Source: Paragordius varius (Eukaryota > Animalia > Nematomorpha). From it: a stretch of 64,000 nt of DNA. Below, in pieces: positions 12,163-24,400 of this stretch. Position 1 is the first letter of the stretch. The number at the start of each line of letters is the position of its first letter. The stretch is from contig OZ176054.1 of NCBI GenBank assembly GCA_964247055.1, positions 5,952,001-6,016,000 of the forward strand, given 5' to 3'. The translations under genes and the position numbers were made by a program. The notes below the pieces were generated by a model. That model did no database searches. It was not told the origin of the DNA and worked only from the letters and a program-made list of their open reading frames with translations.

Positions 12163-15100
12163 GAGTCATTTTTTTCATGCATGAAACCATGTGATTGAAA
12201 GCGGGAGGATATTCAAGGATAGTATTTTTTATTATATACTATAAATATATTTAAAAAATAGGTTTCCTTTTAGTAATTATTAATCTTTTTCTTTGTTTGG
12301 TAGAGTTTTTATTTTATTTGTATGCTAAGTATGTAATTTAAAGAGTAACATAATTCTTAAGTCATCAAAAATCATTGTTATACAGATCTCTCTCTTTTTT
12401 TTTCTCTACTCCTTGGTGCCTAATTATTTTATTTTTACTAGCCTAGCCATAATTTCTTTATATTTTTCCTTTATGATTGCCAGACAGAGCAAAATATCAA
12501 TATTTTTAATTTATCCAAATTAACAACATTTATAAAGATTACTCTTTAATTTTAATTATTCTAGATATTTATTTTTTGTAAAGAGGGTAAGTGAGAGGGA
12601 AGGCAATGGCAAACCACCCTCGTTTATTACTGCCAAAAAATAGTTTTACTAAATGAACTTAACAAGAATTTTCAAAGTTGGATGCTGGAATGTACGTTCC
12701 TTAACATCAACCAAACAAGTGATAATTGAAAAGGAAATGGAAAGATTGAACATAGATATACTGGGTCTAACGGAAACCAAGCAAAAAGGTAGCGCGAAAG
12801 TACAAAACGAAAATTATACATTGTTAAGATCGGGGAGAGATGACCAGAAATCTGAAGGCGTTGCAGTATTAATAAAAAACAAATTAAATAAAAGTCTCAT
12901 TAGTTATACACCATATACACCCAGAATCATGAGTATTAGGCTGATTGCCAAGCCACTTAAATTTACATACATAGTAGTCTATGCTCCTACGTCAAACGCT
13001 CCCAAAGAAGACATAGAGGACTTTTATGCAACGTTGCAAATAGTTTTGGATGAAACGAACAAAGGAGATATGATTATCATAGGAGGGGATTGGAACAGCA
13101 AAGTTGGTAGAGGTAGAGTAGATCAAATAGTCGGGCCATATGGATTGGGAGAACGAAACGAGGCCGGGGAAGCACTGATCAATTTTTGTCAAGAAAATGA
13201 GATGATGATAACCAACACATGGTTTCCACAACACAATAGGAGGTTATACACATGGACCTCTCCATGTGGTAAATATAAGAATCAAATTGATTACATAATG
13301 TGTCCTCAAAAATGGAAAAGCTCTATAATTGATACCAAAACAAGCAAAAGCAGCGATTGCTCTAGCGATCATGAGCTTTTAATAACCAAAATCAAACTTA
13401 AAATAATTAAAAATAAGGTTAAACAGATATACAGATATGACACTCGGAACATTCCAAATAGTTTTAGAACAGAAACCAAAGATAGATTAGAAAGATTGGA
13501 CAATGGATGTAGCTCAGAACAATTATGGGGAACGATAAAAAATGTTGTTAATGAAGTGGCAAAAGAAAAAGTGCAGAGAGTAAAGAGGAAAGATAACAAA
13601 TGGATATCAGAAAAGAGTATAGAGATAGCAGAAAAGAGGAGAAAAGCTAAATCAAGAGGTGATAATAAAATGGTAAAATTATATAACAAAGAATTTCAAC
13701 GACAAACAAGGAAGGATTACGAAGATTTTCTTAATAAACAATGTCTGGAAGTGGAATTAAATAACAAAAAAGGATTAATGCAACCAATGTTCCAGAAACT
13801 GAAGCAAATGACTCATAAACCTTTTATATCATCACAAAAGATTAAAAAAGAGAATGGCACCATATTGTGCAAACAAACAGAAGTACGAGAAAGATGGAAG
13901 GAATACACCCAAAAACTCTATCAGGCTCCTCAAACAAAGGTGTTACAATTAAAAGAAGAAGAACGTGATCCAGATATATTAAGAGAGGAGGTTGAATTAG
14001 CCTTAAAACAAATTCCTAACAACAAAGCGACGGGATTAGACAATATCCCAATAGAGTTCATAAAAGCTATTCCCGTTGAAAAGTTACACCAGCTATGTCA
14101 AAAGGTGTGGGAAACATGTGAGTGGCCAAACGATTGGGCATCATCTGTATATCTCCCAATATATAAAAAAGGAGATGTACTCCAATGCGAGAATTATCGG
14201 AACATATCTCTTATTAGCCACGCTAGTAAGGTCTTACTAAAAGTAATACAAAACAGAATGCACAGTATCATACAGACAGAAATACCAGAAAATCAAGCTG
14301 GATTTATGAAGGGAAAAAGCACAAGAGACCATATCTCAAACATGAGAAGGATAATGGAAACATCAAAAGAGTTCCAGAAAGAATTATACATGTGTTTTAT
14401 TGATTACAGACAAGCATTCGATTCAATTAACTATGACTCCTTGTGGGAAACATTAAAGTTAGTAGGGGTATCGTCTCACTTAATAAGATTGATTAGCTCT
14501 CTGTATGTAAAACAAAGAGCGATTATTAGAACACCAGCGGGGGACACAGACGAAATACCAATCTTGAAAGGAGTCAGACAAGGGTGTTGCTTATCCCCTT
14601 ATCTGTTCAATATGTGCACAGAAATGATAATGAGGAAGTTGGATGGTAAAAATATAGGAGTAAGAATAGGAGGGAGAACAATCAATAATTTAAGGTTTGC
14701 AGACGATACCACTCTTATAGCTGAAAGTGCAAATGATTTGAAGGAATTGATTGAAGAGATTCGAAAGGAAAGTTTGAGGTATGGTCTTAGGCTTAATCCT
14801 AACAAAACCAAAATATTATGTACAGGAAAAAAGCCTACAATTATAATAGAAGGAGTAGAAATAGAAATAGTTAAACAGTTAACGTTTTTGGGCGCAATAA
14901 TTTCAGAGGATGGGTCTTCAACTCCTGACATCAGAAAGAGAATAGGATTGGGTAGAGAAGCGATGACCAAATTAATAAAGATTTGGAAAAACAAAAGCGT
15001 AGGAGTTGAAACCAAAAAAAGATTACTCTACTGTTTCGTTCTCCCGGTCACCACATATGGATGTGAGAGTTGGACCCTCAAAAAAAGGGACAAAGAAAGG

Positions 15101-15481
15101 CTCATGGCTTTTGAAAGGAGCTGCTGGCGTAGGATGCTAGGATACACCTGGAAGGATAAAATTAAGAATGAAAGTCTAACTACAGAAATAAAACCTAAAA
15201 CAAACATCATGGAGATAATTCTAAAAAGAAAGTTAACATATTTTGGTCATGTCATGCGATCGAATTCTCTGGAGAAAGATACAATGTTTGGGAAGGTAGA
15301 AGGGCAAAGGAAACGAGGCCGACCACCGATGAGGTGGTTGGATATGATAAAAGAAGAGACCAAAATGACACTGAAAGAGCTCAATATAGCGGTTAAAGAT
15401 AGAAAAAAATGGAAAGAAATAGTTAAAACTATATCCAAAAAGTCGTTTACGACTTAGGAAAAACCAACCAACCAACCAACC
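12163..15481 (+). mobile_element. Apparently full-length RTE-clade (BovB-like) non-LTR retrotransposon inserted in the satellite
   Basis: TSD AATATTATTTG at 12152-12162 and 15482-15492; (CCAA)5 tail at 15464-15483; RTE/Bov-A-type 5' motif GGAAGGCAATGGCAAACCACC at 12598-12618; single uninterrupted ORF. Confidence 0.95.
12653..15457 (+). CDS. RTE ORF: apurinic-type endonuclease plus reverse transcriptase, 934 aa, intact
   Basis: Endonuclease motifs WNVRSL, LGLTETK, VYAPT, GGDWNSKVG, NQIDYI and SDHELL. RT motifs IDYRQAFDSI, GVRQGCCLSPYLF, LRFADDT and LNPNKTK. C-terminal YFGHVMR and RKRGRP..RW. Confidence 0.97.
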   Translation: MNLTRIFKVGCWNVRSLTSTKQVIIEKEMERLNIDILGLTETKQKGSAKVQNENYTLLRSGRDDQKSEGVAVLIKNKLNKSLISYTPYTPRIMSIRLIAKPLKFTYIVVYAPTSNAPKEDIEDFYATLQIVLDETNKGDMIIIGGDWNSKVGRGRVDQIVGPYGLGERNEAGEALINFCQENEMMITNTWFPQHNRRLYTWTSPCGKYKNQIDYIMCPQKWKSSIIDTKTSKSSDCSSDHELLITKIKLKIIKNKVKQIYRYDTRNIPNSFRTETKDRLERLDNGCSSEQLWGTIKNVVNEVAKEKVQRVKRKDNKWISEKSIEIAEKRRKAKSRGDNKMVKLYNKEFQRQTRKDYEDFLNKQCLEVELNNKKGLMQPMFQKLKQMTHKPFISSQKIKKENGTILCKQTEVRERWKEYTQKLYQAPQTKVLQLKEEERDPDILREEVELALKQIPNNKATGLDNIPIEFIKAIPVEKLHQLCQKVWETCEWPNDWASSVYLPIYKKGDVLQCENYRNISLISHASKVLLKVIQNRMHSIIQTEIPENQAGFMKGKSTRDHISNMRRIMETSKEFQKELYMCFIDYRQAFDSINYDSLWETLKLVGVSSHLIRLISSLYVKQRAIIRTPAGDTDEIPILKGVRQGCCLSPYLFNMCTEMIMRKLDGKNIGVRIGGRTINNLRFADDTTLIAESANDLKELIEEIRKESLRYGLRLNPNKTKILCTGKKPTIIIEGVEIEIVKQLTFLGAIISEDGSSTPDIRKRIGLGREAMTKLIKIWKNKSVGVETKKRLLYCFVLPVTTYGCESWTLKKRDKERLMAFERSCWRRMLGYTWKDKIKNESLTTEIKPKTNIMEIILKRKLTYFGHVMRSNSLEKDTMFGKVEGQRKRGRPPMRWLDMIKEETKMTLKELNIAVKDRKKWKEIVKTISKKSFTT

Positions 15482-18400
15482 AATATTATTTGATTGTTGA
15501 AAAGTAATGGTTGATTGTTGGAAATAATAATATTAGCACGGGTAATATTATTTGATTGTTGAAAAGTAATGGTTGATTGTTGGAAATAATAATACTAGCA
15601 ACGGGTAATATTATTTGATTGTTGAAAAGTAATGGTTGATTGTTGGAAATAATAATATTAGCACGGGTAATATTATTTTATTGTTGAAAAGTAATGGTTG
15701 ATTGTTGGAAAGAATAATACTAGCAACGGGTAATATTATTTTATTGTTGAAAAGTAATGGTTGATTGTTGGAAATAATAATATTAGCACGGGTAATATTA
15801 TTTGATTGTTGAAAAGTAATGGTTGATTGTTGGAAATAATAATATTAGCAACGGGTAATATTATTTGATTGTTGAAAAGTAATGGTTGATTGTTGGAAAT
15901 AATAATACTAGCAACGGGTAATATTATTTGATTGTTGAAAAGTAATGGTTGATTGTTGGAAATAATAATATTAGCACGGGTAATATTATTTGATTGTTGA
16001 AAAGTAATGGTTGATTGTTGGAAATAATAATATTAGCAACGGGTAATATTATTTGATTGTTGAAAAGTAATGGTTGATTGTTGGAAATAATAATATTAGC
16101 ACGGGTAATATTATTTGATTGTTGAAAAGTAATGGTTGATTGTTGGAAATAATAATACTAGCAACGGGTAATATTATTTGATTGTTGAAAAGTAATGGTT
16201 GATTGTTGGAAATAATAATACTAGCAACGGGTAATATTATTTTATTGTTGAAAAGTAATGGTTGATTGTTGGAAATAATAATACTAGCAACGGGTAATAT
16301 TATTTGATTGTTGAAAAGTAATGGTTGATTGTTGGAAATAATAATATTAGCACGGGTAATATTATTTGATTGTTGAAAAGTAATGGTTGATTGTTGGAAA
16401 TAATAATATTAGCAACGGGTAATATTATTTGATTGTTGAAAAGTAATGGTTGATTGTTGGAAATAATAATACTAGCAACGGGTAATATTATTTTATTGTT
16501 GAAAAGTAATGGTTGATTGTTGGAAATAATAATACTAGCAACGGGTAATATTATTTTATTGTTGAAAAGTAATGGTTGATTGTTGGAAATAATAATATTA
16601 GCACGGGTAATATTATTTGATTGTTGAAAAGTAATGGTTGATTGTTGGAAATAATAATATTAGCACGGGTAATATTATTTGATTGTTGAAAAGTAATGGT
16701 TGATTGTTGGAAATAATAATATTAGCAACGGGTAATATTATTTGATTGTTGAAAAGTAATGGTTGATTGTTGGAAATAATAATACTAGCAACGGGTAATA
16801 TTATTTTATTGTTGAAAAGTAATGGTTGATTGTTGGAAATAATAATACTAGCAACGGGTAATATTATTTGATTGTTGAAAAGTAATGGTTGATTGTTGGA
16901 AATAATAATACTAGCAACGGGTAATATTATTTGATTGTTGAAAAGTAATGGTTGATTGTTGGAAATAATAATATTAGCACGGGTAATATTATTTGATTGT
17001 TGAAAAGTAATGGTTGATTGTTGGAAATAATAATATTAGCAACGGGTAATATTATTTGATTGTTGAAAAGTAATGGTTGATTGTTGGAAATAATAATACT
17101 AGCAACGGGTAATATTATTTTATTGTTGAAAAGTAATGGTTGATTGTTGGAAATAATAATACTAGCAACGGGTAATATTATTTTATTGTTGAAAAGTAAT
17201 GGTTGATTGTTGGAAATAATAATATTAGCACGGGTAATATTATTTGATTGTTGAAAAGTAATGGTTGATTGTTGGAAATAATAATATTAGCACGGGTAAT
17301 ATTATTTGATTGTTGAAAAGTAATGGTTGATTGTTGGAAATAATAATATTAGCAACGGGTAATATTATTTGATTGTTGAAAAGTAATGGTTGATTGTTGG
17401 AAATAATAATACTAGCAACGGGTAATATTATTTTATTGTTGAAAAGTAATGGTTGATTGTTGGAAATAATAATACTAGCAACGGGTAATATTATTTTATT
17501 GTTGAAAAGTAATGGTTGATTGTTGGAAATAATAATACTAGCAACGGGTAATATTATTTGATTGTTGAAAAGTAATGGTTGATTGTTGGAAATAATAATA
17601 TTAGCACGGGTAATATTATTTGATTGTTGAAAAGTAATGGTTGATTGTTGGAAATAATAATATTAGCAACGGGTAATATTATTTTATTGTTGAAAAGTAA
17701 TGGTTGATTGTTGGAAATAATAATACTAGCAACGGGTAATATTATTTTATTGTTGAAAAGTAATGGTTGATTGTTGGAAATAATAATATTAGCACGGGTA
17801 ATATTATTTGATTGTTGAAAAGTAATGGTTGATTGTTGGAAATAATAATATTAGCAACGGGTAATATTATTTTATTGTTGAAAAGTAATGGTTGATTGTT
17901 GGAAATAATAATACTAGCAACGGGTAATATTATTTGATTGTTGAAAAGTAATGGTTGATTGTTGGAAATAATAATATTAGCACGGGTAATATTATTTGAT
18001 TGTTGAAAAGTAATGGTTGATTGTTGGAAATAATAATATTAGCAACGGGTAATATTATTTGATTGTTGAAAAGTAATGGTTGATTGTTGGAAATAATAAT
18101 ACTAGCAACGGGTAATATTATTTTATTGTTGAAAAGTAATGGTTGATTGTTGGAAATAATAATATTAGCACGGGTAATATTATTTGATTGTTGAAAAGTA
18201 ATGGTTGATTGTTGGAAATAATAATATTAGCAACGGGTAATATTATTTTATTGTTGAAAAGTAATGGTTGATTGTTGGAAATAATAATACTAGCAACGGG
18301 TAATATTATTTTATTGTTGAAAAGTAATGGTTGATTGTTGGAAATAATAATACTAGCAACGGGTAATATTATTTTATTGTTGAAAAGTAATGGTTGATTG

Positions 18401-21400
18401 TTGGAAATAATAATATTAGCAACGGGTAATATTATTTTATTGTTGAAAAGTAATGGTTGATTGTTGGAAATAATAATACTAGCAACGGGTAATATTATTT
18501 TATTGTTGAAAAGTAATGGTTGATTGTTGGAAATAATAATATTAGCACGGGTAATATTATTTGATTGTTGAAAAGTAATGGTTGATTGTTGGAAATAATA
18601 ATATTAGCAACGGGTAATATTATTTGATTGTTGAAAAGTAATGGTTGATTGTTGGAAATAATAATACTAGCAACGGGTAATATTATTTTATTGTTGAAAA
18701 GTAATGGTTGATTGTTGGAAATAATAATACTAGCAACGGGTAATATTATTTTATTGTTGAAAAGTAATGGTTGATTGTTGGAAATAATAATATTAGCACG
18801 GGTAATATTATTTGATTGTTGAAAAGTAATGGTTGATTGTTGGAAATAATAATACTAGCAACGGGTAATATTATTTGATTGTTGAAAAGTAATGGTTGAT
18901 TGTTGGAAATAATAATATTAGCACGGGTAATATTATTTGATTGTTGAAAAGTAATGGTTGATTGTTGGAAATAATAATACTAGCAACGGGTAATATTATT
19001 TTATTGTTGAAAAGTAATGGTTGATTGTTGGAAATAATAATATTAGCACGGGTAATATTATTTGATTGTTGAAAAGTAATGGTTGATTGTTGGAAATAAT
19101 AATATTAGCAACGGGTAATATTATTTGATTGTTGAAAAGTAATGGTTGATTGTTGGAAATAATAATACTAGCAACGGGTAATATTATTTGATTGTTGAAA
19201 AGTAATGGTTGATTGTTGGAAATAATAATATTAGCACGGGTAATATTATTTGATTGTTGAAAAGTAATGGTTGATTGTTGGAAATAATAATACTAGCAAC
19301 GGGTAATATTATTTTATTGTTGAAAAGTAATGGTTGATTGTAGGAAATAATAATATTAGCACGGGTATTATTATTTGATTGTTGAGAAGTAATGGTTGAT
19401 TGTTGGAAATAATAATACTAGCAACGGGTAATATTATTTTATTGTAGAAAAGTGATGGTTGATTGTAGGAAATAATAATATTAGCACGGGTATTATTATT
19501 TGATTGTTGAGAAGTAATGGTTGATTGTTGGAAATAATAATACTAGCACGGGTATTATTATTTGATTGTTGAGAAGTAATGGTTGATTGTTGGAAATAAT
19601 AATAGTAGCACGGGTAATATTATTTGATTGTTGAAAAGTAATGGTTGATTGTTGGAAATAATAATAGTAGCACGGGTATTATTATTTGATTGTTGAAAAG
19701 TAATGGTTGATTGTTGGAAATAATAATACTTGCAACGGGTATTTTTATTTGATTGTTGAAAAGTAATGGTTGATTGTTGGAAATAATAATAGTAGCAACG
19801 GGTAATATTATTTGATTGTTGAAAAGTAATGGTTGATTGTTGGAAATAATAATACTAGCAACGGGTAATATTATTTTATTGTAGAAAAGTGATGGTTGAT
19901 TGTAGGAAATAATAATATTAGCACGGGTATTATTATTTGATTGTTGAGAAGTAATGGTTGATTGTTGGAAATAATAATACTAGCACGGGTATTATTATTT
20001 GATTGTTGAGAAGTAATGGTTGATTGTTGGAAATAATAATAGTAGCACGGGTATTATTATTTGATTGTTGAAAAGTAATGGTTGATTGTTGGAAATAATA
20101 ATACTAGCAACGGGTAATATTATTTGATTGTTGAAAAGTAATGGTTGATTGTTGGAAATAATAATAGTAGCAACGGGTAATATTATTTGATTGTTGAAAA
20201 GTAATGGTTGATTGTTGGAAATAATAATATTAGCAACGGTTAATATTATTTGATTGTTGAAAAGTAATGGCTGATTGTTGGAAATAATAATAGTAGCAAC
20301 GGTTAATATTATTTGATTGTTGAAAAGTAATGGTTGATTGTTGGAAATAATAATACTAGCACGGGTAATATTATTTGATTGTTGAAAAGTAATGGTTGAT
20401 TGTTGGAAATAATAATACTAGCAACGGGTAATATTATTTGATTGTCAAACAGTAATGGTTGATTGTTGGAAATAATAATATTAGCAACGGTTAATATTAT
20501 TTGATTGTTGAAAAGTAATGGTTGATTGTTGGAAATAATAATACTAGCAACGGGTAATATTATTTGATTGTTGAAAAGTAATGGTTGATTGTTGGAAATA
20601 ATAATAGTAGCACGGGTATTATTATTTTATTGTAGAAAAGTAATGGTTGATTGTTGGAAATAATAATATTAGCACGGGTATTATTATTTGATTGTTGAGA
20701 AGTAATGGTTGATTGTTGGAAATAATAATAGTAGCACGGGTAATATTATTTGATTGTTGAAAAGTAATGGTTGATTGTTGGAAATAATAATACTAGCAAC
20801 GGGTAATATTATTTTATTGTAGAAAAGTGATGGTTGATTGTAGGAAATAATAATATTAGCACGGGTATTATTATTTGATTGTTGAAAAGTAATGGTTGAT
20901 TGTTGGAAATAATAATAGTAGCAACGGGTAATATTATTTTATTGTAGAAAAGTGATGGTTGATTGTAGGAAATAATAATATTAGCACGGGTATTATTATT
21001 TGATTGTTGAGAAGTAATGGTTGATTGTTGGAAATAATAATACTAGCAACGGGTAATATTATTTTATTGTAGAAAAGTGATGGTTGATTGTAGGAAATAA
21101 TAATATTAGCACGGGTATTATTATTTGATTGTTGAGAAGTAATGGTTGATTGTTGGAAATAATAATACTAGCACGGGTATTATTATTTGATTGTTGAGAA
21201 GTAATGGTTGATTGTTGGAAATAATAATAGTAGCACGGGTAATATTATTTGATTGTTGAAAAGTAATGGTTGATTGTTGGAAATAATAATAGTAGCACGG
21301 GTATTATTATTTGATTGTTGAAAAGTAATGGTTGATTGTTGGAAATAATAATACTTGCAACGGGTATTTTTATTTGATTGTTGAAAAGTAATGGTTGATT

Positions 21401-24400
21401 GTTGGAAATAATAATAGTAGCAACGGGTAATATTATTTGATTGTTGAAAAGTAATGGTTGATTGTTGGAAATAATAATACTAGCAACGGGTAATATTATT
21501 TTATTGTAGAAAAGTGATGGTTGATTGTAGGAAATAATAATATTAGCACGGGTATTATTATTTGATTGTTGAGAAGTAATGGTTGATTGTTGGAAATAAT
21601 AATACTAGCACGGGTATTATTATTTGATTGTTGAGAAGTAATGGTTGATTGTTGGAAATAATAATAGTAGCACGGGTATTATTATTTGATTGTTGAAAAG
21701 TAATGGTTGATTGTTGGAAATAATAATACTAGCAACGGGTAATATTATTTGATTGTTGAAAAGTAATGGTTGATTGTTGGAAATAATAATAGTAGCAACG
21801 GGTAATATTATTTGATTGTTGAAAAGTAATGGTTGATTGTTGGAAATAATAATATTAGCAACGGTTAATATTATTTGATTGTTGAAAAGTAATGGCTGAT
21901 TGTTGGAAATAATAATAGTAGCAACGGTTAATATTATTTGATTGTTGAAAAGTAATGGTTGATTGTTGGAAATAATAATACTAGCACGGGTAATATTATT
22001 TGATTGTTGAAAAGTAATGGTTGATTGTTGGAAATAATAATACTAGCAACGGGTAATATTATTTGATTGTCAAACAGTAATGGTTGATTGTTGGAAATAA
22101 TAATATTAGCAACGGTTAATATTATTTGATTGTTGAAAAGTAATGGTTGATTGTTGGAAATAATAATACTAGCACGGGTAATATTATTTGATTGTTGAAA
22201 AGTAATGGCTGATTGTTGGAAATAATAATAGTAGCAACGGGTAATATTATTTGATTGTTGAAAAGTAATGGCTGATTGTTGGAAATAATAATAGTAGCAA
22301 CGGGTAATATTATTTGATTGTTGAAAAGTAATGGTTGATTGTTGGAAATAATAATACTAGCAACGGGTTTATTATTTGATTGTTGAAAAGTAAGGGCTGA
22401 TTGTTGGAAATAATAATACTAGCAACGGGTAATATTATTTGATTGTTGAAAAGTAAGGGTTGATTGTTGGAAATAATAATACTAGCAACGGTTAATATTA
22501 TTTGATTGTTGAAAAGTAATGGTTGATTGTTGGAAATAATAATACTAGCAACGGGTAATATTATTTGATTGTTGAAAAGTAATGGTTGATTGTTGGAAAT
22601 AATAATACTAGCAACGGGTAATATTATTTGATTGTTGAAAAGTAATGGTTGATTGTTGGAAATAATAATACTAGCAACGGTTAATATTATTTGATTGTTG
22701 AAAAGTAATGGCTGATTGTTGGAAATAATAATACTAGCAACGGTTAATATTATTGATTGTTGAAAAGTAATGGTTGATGGTTGGAAATAATAATATTATA
22801 ACGTGTAATATTATTTGATTGTTGAAAAGTGATGGTTTATTGTTGGAAATAATAATACTAGCAACGGTTAATATTATTTGATTGTTGAAAAGTAATGGCT
22901 GATTGTTGGAAATAATAATACTAGCAACGGTTAATATTATTGATTGTTGAAAAGTAATGGTTGATGGTTGGAAATAATAATATTATAACGTGTAATATTA
23001 TTTGATTGTTGAAAAGTGATGGTTTATTGTTGGAAATAATAATACTAGCACGGGTAATATTATTTGATTGTTGAAAAGTAATGGTTGATTGTTGGAAATA
23101 ATAATACTAGCAACGGGTAATATTATTTGATTGTTGAAAAGTAATGGTTGATTGTTGGAAATAATAATACTAGCAACGGGTAATATTATTTGATTGTTGA
23201 AAAGTAATGGTTGATTGTTGGAAATAATAATACTAGCAACGGGTAATATTATTTGATTGTTGAAAAGTAATGGCTGATTGTTGGAAATAATAATACTAGC
23301 AACGGTTAATATTATTTGATTGTTGAAAAGTAATGGTTGATTGTTGGAAATAATAATACTAGCAACGGGTAATATTATTTGATTGTTAAAAAGTAATGGC
23401 TGATTGTTGGAAATAATAATACTAGCAACGGTTAATATTATTGATTGTTGAAAAGTAATGGTTGATGGTTGGAAATAATAATATTATAACGTGTAATATT
23501 ATTTGATTGTTGAAAAGTGATGGTTTATTGTTGGAAATAATAATACTAGCAACGGGTAATATTATTTGATTGTTGAAAAGTAATGGTTGATTGTTGGAAA
23601 TAATAATACTAGCAACGGGTAATATTATTTGATTGTTGAAAAGTAATGGTTGATTGTTGGAAATAATAATACTAGCAACGGTTAATATTATTTGATTGTT
23701 GAAAAGTAATGGTTGATTGTTGGAAATAATAATACTAGCAACGGGTAATATTATTTGATTGTTGAAAAGTAATGGCTGATTGTTGGAAATAATAATACTA
23801 GCAACGGTTAATATTATTTGATTGTTGAAAAGTAATGGTTGATTGTTGGAAATAATAATACTAGCAACGGGTAATATTATTTGATTGTTGAAAAGTAATG
23901 GTTGATTGTTGGAAATAATAATATTAGCACGGGTAATATTATTTGATTGTTGAAAAGTAATGGTTGATTGTTGGAAATAATAATACTAGCAACGGTTAAT
24001 ATTATTTGATTGTTGAAAAGTAATGGTTGATTGTTGGAAATAATAATACTAGCAACGGTTAATATTATTTGATTGTTGAAAAGTAATGGCTGATTGTTGG
24101 AAATAATAATACTAGCAACGGTTAATATTATTGATTGTTGAAAAGTAATGGTTGATGGTTGGAAATAATAATATTATAACGTGTAATATTATTTGATTGT
24201 TGAAAAGTAATGGTTGATTGTTGGAAATAATAATACTAGCAACGGGTAATATTATTTGATTGTTGAAAAGTAATGGTTGATTGTTGGAAATAATAATACT
24301 AGCAACGGTTAATATTATTTGATTGTTGAAAAGTAATGGTTGATTGTTGGAAATAATAATACTAGCAACGGTTAATATTATTTGATTGTTGAAAAGTAAT

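Noticed and set aside
12992-15475. Minus-strand ORFs over the RTE, and short antisense ORFs over the RhoGAP exons
   Set aside because: Antisense shadows of a long real ORF, with no motifs of their own.
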